From: Candidatus Kapaibacterium sp.
GTDB taxonomy: Bacteria; Bacteroidota; Ignavibacteria; Kapaibacteriales; UBA2268
Assembly (NCBI GenBank): GCA_963665665.1
Contig: OY762428.1
Location: 1,504,001 to 1,568,000, forward strand
Reading direction: 5' to 3'
DNA: 64,000 nt
Shown: positions 43,901 through 52,743 of the stretch, piece by piece
How positions within the stretch are numbered: the stretch's first letter is position 1
Layout of the letters: the number at the start of each line of letters is the position of its first letter
Translations under genes and position numbers: made by a program
Notes under the pieces: model-generated
The model's database searches: none
Told to the model about the DNA's origin: nothing
The model's input: the letters and a program-made list of their open reading frames with translations, nothing else

Positions 43901-45550
43901 ATGACAGTTTTACCAATTATATTATTTAGTATTGCCTGGTTTATTTTTGCATACTACTGGTATGGCGGAATAATAAAAAGGAAAGTCATCCTTTCCGATG
44001 ACAATCAACCCACCCCTTCCCACCAGCAGGAGGACGGGATAGATTATGTGCCGAGTAAGACTTCCATACTTTTCGGCCACCATTTTTCATCTATTGCCGG
44101 CGCAGGGCCTATTGTCGGGCCAATCCTTGCTTTTGCATATTTTGGCTGGCTGCCGGCGGTAATATGGATTCTGGTAGGCTCGGTATTTATGGGCGCGGTG
44201 CACGACTACACTGCCCTTATGGTATCAGTCAGGAACAAGGGAGTATCAATCGTTGAAGTATCCGATAAAGTACTTTCCAAAAAATCCAGGGCAATTTTTG
44301 CAGCCTTTGTATGGATAACACTTATGCTTATCCAGGCTGTTTTTGCAGACCTAGTGGCAAAAACAATGGTTCAGAAGCCGTCGATCGTTATTCCGACTTT
44401 CGGCATTATTTTTATAGCGCTGCTGTTCGGCTATTTTGTTTTCAAAAAAGGATTTAATAACATAGCCGGTACAGTTATAGCGCTGCTGATGCTTCTTGGG
44501 ACAATACAGCTCGGCGATATGTACCCTATCGAAGGCGATTACCAGGTATGGCTTTTTATAACTTTCCTGTATTCCTACCTGGCGTCTATCCTGCCGGTTC
44601 AGATTCTTCTTCAGCCGCGCGACTACCTGACAATGTTTATACTGATATTCGGGCTGCTGCTCGGCTTTGTGGGTGTAGCAATCCTGAATCCTGAAATAAA
44701 TGCCCCCGCAGTTACGGGGTTCAATTCAAGCAACGGGCCGCTCTTCCCCATTTTATTTATAACCATAGCCTGCGGGGCAATTTCCGGATTCCACTCATTG
44801 GTTTCCAGCGGAACAAGCTCCAAACAGCTTAACAAGGAAAGCGACGGACGGAAGGTTGCTTACGGCGGGATGCTTATGGAAGGCGTTTTAGCCCTCCTCG
44901 TTATCGTTATGATTTCTTCCACACTTACATGGAGCCCTGACGGAGCAGGCGGTGAGTTTGTATTCCAGACGCTGCTGAAGAAAAGCGCCATCCTGGTATT
45001 TGGTTCAGCGCTCGGGCTTTCATCCGAATCCCTCGGCGTGCCTCTTGTTCTTGGAATAATGTTCGGCGTGATGATGATGAAGGCATTTATTCTGACAACG
45101 CTGGATACTTCTGCCAGGCTGAACCGATACGTGATGGAGGAAACTCTCGGCGCCTCAATTGGCGGCATATTTAAAAACAAACATTTTGCCACGCTTTCAA
45201 GCCTGCTGGTAGCGTACGCGCTCTGCCTTTTCGACGGCTACAAGGTTCTGTGGCCGATGTTCGGAGCATCTAACCAGCTTATTGCGACACTGGCGCTGTT
45301 TGTAATTTCCGCTTACCTGTTCGGTTTCAAGATTCCGAAATGGTACACGCTGATACCAGCTGTTATAATGCTCTTTGTTACCGAATCAGCGCTTATTTAC
45401 CAGGCATTCTGGGTACACATGCCTAACAACGCCTGGCACCTGGTAACCATATCAGTTCTGCTGTTTGTTCTCGGACTTGTAGTAGCATGGGAATCTGTCG
45501 GTAAGATAAAGAAAATCGGCCTGGAAAACCTTCAGGCTGCTAAAAGTTGA
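43901..45550 (+). CDS. cstA: Carbon starvation protein A family transporter
   Basis: DGIDYVP, FGHHFSSIAGAGPIVGP, ITIACGAISGFHSL, WPMFGASNQL. Confidence 0.93.
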   Translation: MTVLPIILFSIAWFIFAYYWYGGIIKRKVILSDDNQPTPSHQQEDGIDYVPSKTSILFGHHFSSIAGAGPIVGPILAFAYFGWLPAVIWILVGSVFMGAVHDYTALMVSVRNKGVSIVEVSDKVLSKKSRAIFAAFVWITLMLIQAVFADLVAKTMVQKPSIVIPTFGIIFIALLFGYFVFKKGFNNIAGTVIALLMLLGTIQLGDMYPIEGDYQVWLFITFLYSYLASILPVQILLQPRDYLTMFILIFGLLLGFVGVAILNPEINAPAVTGFNSSNGPLFPILFITIACGAISGFHSLVSSGTSSKQLNKESDGRKVAYGGMLMEGVLALLVIVMISSTLTWSPDGAGGEFVFQTLLKKSAILVFGSALGLSSESLGVPLVLGIMFGVMMMKAFILTTLDTSARLNRYVMEETLGASIGGIFKNKHFATLSSLLVAYALCLFDGYKVLWPMFGASNQLIATLALFVISAYLFGFKIPKWYTLIPAVIMLFVTESALIYQAFWVHMPNNAWHLVTISVLLFVLGLVVAWESVGKIKKIGLENLQAAKS

Positions 45551-45627
45551 TTGTTGTAATATTTTTAGAAATTATTTTGGGAAATGTGCAGTATGTAACC
45601 GAAAAGAATGGAAAACATTTAACTGCT

Positions 45628-45700
45628 TTAGCTCCGTAGGAGCGGAATTTTTGTAGTAATTGTATTCATAAATAATAATTAAAGCTCAGGAGAATCGACA
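45628..45700. repeat. REP-like element (AGCTCCGTAGGAGCG type) with a degenerate second unit
   Basis: GCTCC-GTA-GGAGC hairpin followed by TTTGTAG; partial copy AAGCTCAGGAGAATCGACA. Confidence 0.5.
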
Positions 45701-45890
45701 GCCTGAGGATATGGGACGACCGCGGAGAACTGATAAAGGAAAAGGCCTTTTGCTATAAAAATTATCAGCGGGAATTTGTCTCCGGCGGTATTGGCTTCGC
45801 CCTTGGCATTATATTCCTCGCAGTATTAAGAAGGTTGATGAGGAAGTGATCTTTATGGGTAAAAATGGAAAAAATAAATAATAGCAAAAA

Positions 45891-45921
45891 AATTCCCCGT
45901 AATATTTCATTCAGGGGAATT
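45891..45921 (-). terminator. dnaA terminator
   Basis: AATTCCCC...GGGGAATT next to an A-run. Confidence 0.6.
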
Positions 45922-45947
45922 CTTATAAAAATTGTACCGATTAATTT

Positions 45948-47441
45948 TTAATAATCGTTCTTCAGCTTTCTAAGCAGTGTTTCGAAAGCGCTTTTTACTT
46001 CTTTATCGGTAACAAGGTAGTTCTCGATTGCGCTGTAGGAATGAAGAACTGTAGAGTGGTCTCTGCCGCCAAAGTTTTTACCGATATTTTTCAAAGACAG
46101 GTCTGTCAGGTTTTTGGCAAGGTACATTGCCATCTGCCTGGCAAGAGCAATTTCGTGTTTCCTTGATTTAGATTCCAGCATTTCCACGGGAATATCATAG
46201 AATTTCGAAACATAGTCTTTTATATCGTCAATGGTAAGAGGTTTGTCCTCGATTTTAATTTGCCCGTGAACAACCTCCTTGGCCAGGTCAAGATCAAGCT
46301 CCCTGCCGTCGAAAGTTACTTTGGCTATAAGGCTGATAAGAATTCCTTCAAGCTCCCTGATATTCGATCTGGCATGTCGGGCAATATATTCTATTACATC
46401 TGTCGATAGTTCGAAACCTTCGTCAAGGCTTTTTCTTTGCAGGATAGCCATTCGCATTTCAAGGTCAGGCTGCTGAATGTCGGCAGTCAGGCCCCACTGG
46501 AATCGGGAAATAAGTCTGTCATCCACTCCCGAAAGTTCTTTTGGCGGACGGTCGCTTGTCAGAATAATCTGCTTTCCTGCCTGGTGCAGTGCATTAAATG
46601 TATGGAAGAAATTATCCTGAGTTTTTTCCTTGCCGCTGAAAAATTGAATATCATCAACGATTAATGTATCTATCTGGCGGTAGAAATTTGTAAACTCGTT
46701 GGTTTTGTTGTTCTGTATCGCGTTAACAAATTCCATCGTGAATTTTTCGCTATTGGTGTAAAGCACCTTGCTTTTATCGTTGGTTCTGATTATCTGGTTG
46801 CCGAGCGCCTGTGCAAGGTGTGTTTTGCCAAGGCCTGTTTCGCCGTAAAGTACCAGTGGGTTGAACCTTGTTCCGCCGGGATTCTGGCTAATGGCAAGAG
46901 CAGCAGAACGCGCAAGCTGGTTGCTTTCGCCCGTAATGAAATTCTCGAAAGAGTAACGCGGGTTAAGGTTCGAGCTGAAAATCTCGTCGGAAACCATATC
47001 AGTGGCAGAAGCGTCGCCGTCCAATCCGCCGCTTGAAGGAGGCTTGCTTAGTCCCGGAAGTTTAATAGTCCTGTTTTCCAGGCTGTCTTCACTTTCATCT
47101 ACTACAATCTGGTATTGAAGGCTTGAACCCTCGCCAAGAACTTTCAGCATAGTTTGCTGCAGCAGATCGTAATAGTGCTCTTCAATCCATTCAAAAAAGA
47201 ACTGGCTGGGAACCAGAATAGTAAGCTTCCTGTTTTCCCATTTAAGCGCCATAATTGGTTCAAACCATGTTCTGAAAACCTGCTTCTCCACGTTGTCGCA
47301 GATAATTTCAAGGCATTTACCCCAATAGGCAACAGCTTTTTTATCTTGGATTATATTTTCATTTTTCCTGATGGTAGGAATGGCATTCACTTCCGTTTCA
47401 TCAGGAAATAATGATAACTTATCAGATTCTTTCTTAAACAC
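45948..47441 (-). CDS. dnaA: Chromosomal replication initiator
   Basis: TWFEP, NPRYSFENF, GETGLGKTHL, LIVDDIQF, NIRELEG, ARQMAMYL, GGRDHSTVLH. Confidence 0.97.
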   Translation of the reverse strand: MFKKESDKLSLFPDETEVNAIPTIRKNENIIQDKKAVAYWGKCLEIICDNVEKQVFRTWFEPIMALKWENRKLTILVPSQFFFEWIEEHYYDLLQQTMLKVLGEGSSLQYQIVVDESEDSLENRTIKLPGLSKPPSSGGLDGDASATDMVSDEIFSSNLNPRYSFENFITGESNQLARSAALAISQNPGGTRFNPLVLYGETGLGKTHLAQALGNQIIRTNDKSKVLYTNSEKFTMEFVNAIQNNKTNEFTNFYRQIDTLIVDDIQFFSGKEKTQDNFFHTFNALHQAGKQIILTSDRPPKELSGVDDRLISRFQWGLTADIQQPDLEMRMAILQRKSLDEGFELSTDVIEYIARHARSNIRELEGILISLIAKVTFDGRELDLDLAKEVVHGQIKIEDKPLTIDDIKDYVSKFYDIPVEMLESKSRKHEIALARQMAMYLAKNLTDLSLKNIGKNFGGRDHSTVLHSYSAIENYLVTDKEVKSAFETLLRKLKNDY

Positions 47442-47992
47442 TTCTTATCCCGTAATAAAGAATATAATACATTCCCCCTTTTCCCGCCGGGGCTGTGAAA
47501 AACAATCAATAATAATGGTTATCTTTCAATTCAGAGACAAAAAAATATACCTGTTAATCTGTGCTAAGTGCCTGATATTTAAGGTATATGGTCGATTTTC
47601 CAGTCTTAAATTAAAATTTCTAAACCGAAATTTTAAAAGTCATTCCACTATTTACTTCCACATCCAATTTGTAATATTTTTTACAAAAAGACAAGCAGAA
47701 AATTTGTGAATAAACTTTTTTTTTACTTGCAATTTTCCAAAGTTCGAACTATCATATAGTTATTAAATTCAGGATTTAATATTAAAATAATATCATTAAT
47801 GATTCATACTGAAATAATATCCCCGAATCAATATTTAAGAGCCCGAGAATTTTGAAAAATAGATTTTAACTTTTTCTGCATTTCATGTGTCATAACAATG
47901 ACTGATGAAATATTTACGCCAAAGAACTGTCATTAACAGTAATGAACTATTGGCAAATTATAACAAAATTAATTAACAAAAAACTTTGAAAT

Positions 47993-50374
47993 TTGACTGA
48001 AATGATAAGAATATTCAATACAAAAACTTACCTGCTGACATTTTTTTTAGCTTTTTTTACATTGCAAAAAGCCAATGGTTTCTGGGAAAAAATTGATATT
48101 GACTATACGGGATTTCAGGATGTCTACTGGCTGGAAGTTTTCTTTCTACCGGATAATCCGGACTACGGGTGGCTTTGCGGCTACAACAGCGCCGTTCTGA
48201 TAACAACAGATGGCGGCCAGACATGGGAAGGCTCTCATGTTGAAGAAAACATGATAATGCAATTGGAGAGTATAATATTTGTAAATGAGAAAACCGGGTA
48301 TACATCCGGATCAGGCAGGATTTTTAAATCGACTGACGGCGGGCATAACTGGCGGGATGTAACACCACGTTATTTCTCCCCAAGTATCTGGGGGAATTTC
48401 TTCATTGACGAAATGAACGGAGTCTGTGTTGGCGGAGGCTGTATTCAGCAAGACCCGCAACAATTCTATATTACATCGGACGGAGGATTGAACTGGGATG
48501 TTACATATAAAAACAAACTCGGAACAGGCCTTACCGATGTGGTGATTTATGAAAAGGGAGGCCTGGGGTATGCAGTTTCAAGCGGTAAAATATGGATTAC
48601 CGAAGATGGCGGCAAAGACTGGTTTATATTTTCGGAAAGCGGCAACGAGGACTGGCAGGAAGAACTTGCCCATTCCGGTAACAGCTTCCTTTTTCCATTC
48701 TCAACGGAATGCTCGGGAAACGGAGATAGCGGCGGAATGCGAATGTCGACCAATTTTGGATCTACCTGGCGCGAATATACCACGGGTGCTTCCATGTTCG
48801 GTTCCTTTCTGCATGATGAAATGCGTGGCTGGACGTGCGGTTTCAGTGGGAATATACATTATACAAGCGATGGCGGGCAAACCTGGGAACTTCGGAACTG
48901 CGGCGCGGAAGGATACAATCTTGACGATATTTGGTTTCTGAACGATACTGTCGGTTATGTTGTAGGTGAATCTGCAATATTTAAGTATATAAATGTTTCA
49001 GATACTGCAAAGCCTGAAATATTTGTAGACGGCCCCGATGTTCTATGCCCCGGCGAATATACTTCAATCAGAGCTGCCGACGGATTTGTATCATATAAGT
49101 GGTCAACTGGTGAAACCGGACAGACCATAGTAGTAGACAAACCCGGAAAATACTGGGTCAGGGCGGAAATTAACCCTTGCATAAGGGGTAACTCGGATAC
49201 CGTCGAGATAATGTTGGCACCTGAACCGGAGATAACTATAACAACCCTGCCAGAAGGGACTGTATGTGAGGGAGATACCATACAGATGACGGCAAATTCA
49301 GAATATGATATCTATCGATGGGATGACGGAACAACAGGCAAAGTGAGTACTGCAACAGAAAGCGGTACATATACCGTTTATGTTACAGATATTTACGGCT
49401 GTGAATGGAGCAAAAGTATTGAACTTGATTTTATGCCAAATCCTGAACCTTCCCTGGAATATATTGGCAGGTACAGATTCTGCCAGGGAGATACTGCAAT
49501 ATTAAGAACGGATCAAGAATATAATACTTATGAATGGTATAGGGAAAAAGGCGGTAGCATGCAGGAGCTTGATGAAAAAACCAGGAGTATCGCTGTAACC
49601 GAATCGGGATTATATAATGTTGTTGTTACCAACCAGTGGGGTTGCGAAGGTGTATCCGAGCAAGTTGAAGTAGAAGTTCGCCTTGATACAAACAAATTGG
49701 AATTCGTTTGGGCTTCACAGCGAAAAGAACATGAGATTGATTCAACTGTTTACCGTGATCTGACATGCAATGATATCATTATCCGTAATAAAGGCTGGAA
49801 GCCTGCGGTTATTGATGAGCTTGTCCTGTTTAATAATATTGCTTTTTCATTTCCGCAGAGCCAATTTCCCGTAACAATAGCACCGTTCGATTCCGCAAGG
49901 ATAGAAATCTGCTACAGCCCCACAGATATCGGTACACAACGCGATACTGTTCTGCTTCCGGATATATGCAGCGACCACCTGCTGCCAATTATTTCCACCG
50001 GGCTGGAACTTATATACAATATTGATACCAAATGTGATGTAGGTATAAGACTGTCTGCCAGGCCTTATGAAAATTACGTTTATGTTCCCCTGGGCAACTA
50101 TCCAAATCCTGCCTCGGTTAATTTTGTTGTTGATTTCTTTGAATTCCTGCCGGAAGATGAAGAGTCATTAGTCAGCGCCAGGCTGTATGATTATCTCGGG
50201 AACAAATTAATATCAGCCCTGCCTGACTTTTCTAAATCAGTAAAGAAAGAAAAAGGAACAGAAAGATTCGGTTTCTTCAATATCGATATTTCCGGTTTAA
50301 GAAGCGGTTCATACCAGCTGGTTATCAATGCCGGCAGAAAGGCATATCACTATTCGGTTGTTGTCAACAGGTGA
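47993..50374 (+). CDS. Secreted YCF48/BNR beta-propeller + Ig-like repeats + T9SS-like CTD
   Basis: Repeated TxDGGxTW; Y.WSTGET..I...PG.Y.V; YPNPA...SGSY CTD; start may be ATG 48002. Confidence 0.85.
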   Translation: MTEMIRIFNTKTYLLTFFLAFFTLQKANGFWEKIDIDYTGFQDVYWLEVFFLPDNPDYGWLCGYNSAVLITTDGGQTWEGSHVEENMIMQLESIIFVNEKTGYTSGSGRIFKSTDGGHNWRDVTPRYFSPSIWGNFFIDEMNGVCVGGGCIQQDPQQFYITSDGGLNWDVTYKNKLGTGLTDVVIYEKGGLGYAVSSGKIWITEDGGKDWFIFSESGNEDWQEELAHSGNSFLFPFSTECSGNGDSGGMRMSTNFGSTWREYTTGASMFGSFLHDEMRGWTCGFSGNIHYTSDGGQTWELRNCGAEGYNLDDIWFLNDTVGYVVGESAIFKYINVSDTAKPEIFVDGPDVLCPGEYTSIRAADGFVSYKWSTGETGQTIVVDKPGKYWVRAEINPCIRGNSDTVEIMLAPEPEITITTLPEGTVCEGDTIQMTANSEYDIYRWDDGTTGKVSTATESGTYTVYVTDIYGCEWSKSIELDFMPNPEPSLEYIGRYRFCQGDTAILRTDQEYNTYEWYREKGGSMQELDEKTRSIAVTESGLYNVVVTNQWGCEGVSEQVEVEVRLDTNKLEFVWASQRKEHEIDSTVYRDLTCNDIIIRNKGWKPAVIDELVLFNNIAFSFPQSQFPVTIAPFDSARIEICYSPTDIGTQRDTVLLPDICSDHLLPIISTGLELIYNIDTKCDVGIRLSARPYENYVYVPLGNYPNPASVNFVVDFFEFLPEDEESLVSARLYDYLGNKLISALPDFSKSVKKEKGTERFGFFNIDISGLRSGSYQLVINAGRKAYHYSVVVNR

Positions 50375-50477
50375 TTTTTCATAATTATCACAATTTTTTC
50401 TATTATCCGGAAATTGTAAAATCCTTCTTCCTAAATTCAAAGATGCAGTTTTGCTAAAGTGCTTATAGAATCATTTC

Positions 50478-51770
50478 TCATTCTTTCACAACCTGAACAC
50501 TGTCCTCTCCGATATCAATTAATCTTGGGATTTCGATCTTTTCAAGCATAGGATTATATTTATCCATGAGTGCATTGAAGTTGGCACGTAGTGAGTCCGG
50601 AACCGGTTTTAGCGGAGGCGCAGCTACCTTGGAAGGGTTCACTGCCCTGCCTCCCTGGTACATTCTGAAGTCCAGATGCGGCCCGGTGGAAAGGCCGGAA
50701 CTGCCTACATAACCAATAACCTCGCCCTGCTTTACATGTTTTCCTGCCCTTACACCTTTTGCATATCCGCGTAAGTGCAGGTAAGCGCTTGTATATGAAT
50801 TAGCATGTTTCACTTTGATCATTCTTCCGGCTCCGCCACTTCGCCCTGCAAATATAACCTTACCGTCGCCAATGGAATAAACAGGCGTACCGATCGGAGC
50901 TGCATAATCTATCCCGTGGTGAGGGCGTCTGATTTTCAGGATTGGATGTAATCGGCTGTTTGAAAAACCAGAGCTGATCCTGCTGAATTTCAACGGCGCC
51001 TTCAGGAACATACGCTTCATGCTCTCACCATTCTGGTCGAAGTACTCGCTATCAATTTCATCGAAGCAAAAAGCACGGAATTCCTCACCCTCGGAATTGA
51101 AAAGTGCGGCATAAATTTTCTCGGGCCCGATTGATTCTCCGCCAACAAAACGTTCGTTAAATATCAGTTTGTAATAATCGCCTTTCTGCAGTCCGAAGAA
51201 GTCAACTGTCCATGCAAAAACATCATTCATCATCATAGTAAGTTCAGGGCCTGAGCCGGCATTTATCATGCTGTTCCATAAGCTGCTTTCAATGATTCCT
51301 CCTATCATCCGCAGGGAATCTTTTACAGGCCTGGATGCTTCGAACCATCCTTCCGGCTGTGATATTGGGAAAACAATGTAACTGAGCGCGTTATACTCAT
51401 AAATAAAATAATCCGGGATTGTGGTGCTGTCTTTTTCTTTTAGGAAAAAACATGTTTTTCCGGCACGAATTTTTTTAATATCAAAATTTTCAGTCTCTAC
51501 TTCAGCAATTTTCAGAACAGTTTCGTAATCAATAAACTCATCCTGAAGAATTGTTGATATTATTTCATTATCAGCTATTTCATGCTTATGAATTTCAGGT
51601 TGATTCCTGAAAAGAGTATCAAGGGCAGGGCCGAAACCGGTGATAACTTCCGGCGGCATTTCTACTTTTACAGGTTGATCAATTGTATCTTTGTTTTCTT
51701 TTTCATTGCATGCAAAGGCCGATAGGATCAAAAAAATCAATAAAACGGAATTTAAAATTTTCTTTTGCAT
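50478..51770 (-). CDS. M23 family peptidoglycan endopeptidase (MepM-like) lipoprotein
   Basis: HHGIDYAAP, YLHL, STGPHLDF; lipobox AFAC. Confidence 0.92.
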   Translation of the reverse strand: MQKKILNSVLLIFLILSAFACNEKENKDTIDQPVKVEMPPEVITGFGPALDTLFRNQPEIHKHEIADNEIISTILQDEFIDYETVLKIAEVETENFDIKKIRAGKTCFFLKEKDSTTIPDYFIYEYNALSYIVFPISQPEGWFEASRPVKDSLRMIGGIIESSLWNSMINAGSGPELTMMMNDVFAWTVDFFGLQKGDYYKLIFNERFVGGESIGPEKIYAALFNSEGEEFRAFCFDEIDSEYFDQNGESMKRMFLKAPLKFSRISSGFSNSRLHPILKIRRPHHGIDYAAPIGTPVYSIGDGKVIFAGRSGGAGRMIKVKHANSYTSAYLHLRGYAKGVRAGKHVKQGEVIGYVGSSGLSTGPHLDFRMYQGGRAVNPSKVAAPPLKPVPDSLRANFNALMDKYNPMLEKIEIPRLIDIGEDSVQVVKE

Positions 51771-51995
51771 TATTTCTTTGTTATCTTTTAAAAAATTTTT
51801 TATTTCTCAAATCGTAGTTTTAACACATACAAAGATAAAAAATATGATAACAAAAACATTTATGAACGTATATTATATGATGAAAGAAATGAAATATTGA
51901 TAAAATCATTTACACTCATCTGATTGCCTGGAGCAAACGGATGATAAATAAAGCTAAAAAAGAAATTAATAACATGACAATGGTTAAGAAAATTA

Positions 51996-52723
51996 TGAAC
52001 AAAAAAATCAAATTTACAATCCTGACAACCCTTTTTACATTTATTTTATTTTCCGGGGCAACGGCGCAGATGTTTTCAGTACCGGGGCATATCACAAGAG
52101 AAATGATAAAGGATTCCGTACAATATAATGGCCACAATGTAAGATATTTCAAATCCCTGCCGGTTAATTATGATAGTACAAAATTCTACCCGGCAATGAT
52201 AGCTTTTTCCGGTGGATTAGCTTTCGAAAGGATAGTTGAATATTGCTATTTCACACAGTTCCGGTCAATTTATATTCGTAAGGATTTTATCACTATTATG
52301 CCTGTTGCAGACGAAGGTAAATCTTTTAAAGATTATACTGATGATGATCTGAAACTTATGCTTGGAGCGATCAGGCAGCAGGAAAGTATAGCTGATACCG
52401 GATGGATAGCTGCAGGAACAGCTTTTGGCAGCCATGCTGCTTTCAACCTGCCAAGAATTTATCCTGCAATGTTCCAGGGAATTATTGTTATGCCCGGAGA
52501 AATTCCTTTCAACGATATTCCCGAAGAATGGAAGCACTTGAAAATTCTACTTGCAATACCTGAAAAAGACAGCTATGAATGGAAAGAATACTGGGAAAAA
52601 ACATATAAAATTTTAAGCGAAAACAAAATTAAAACTATTAAGTTCGTTATGAAAGACCAACCTCATGTTGTTCTCCCGCGATATGATATTGACCTTGTTT
52701 ACGAAGAATATTTTAATAATTAA
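51996..52723 (+). CDS. Secreted alpha/beta-hydrolase-fold protein, probably lacking the nucleophile
   Basis: LPxNYD...YP, GTAFGS in place of GxSxG, C-terminal H; start uncertain. Confidence 0.65.
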
Positions 52724-52743
52724 TCAAATAATCTGAGATTGTT

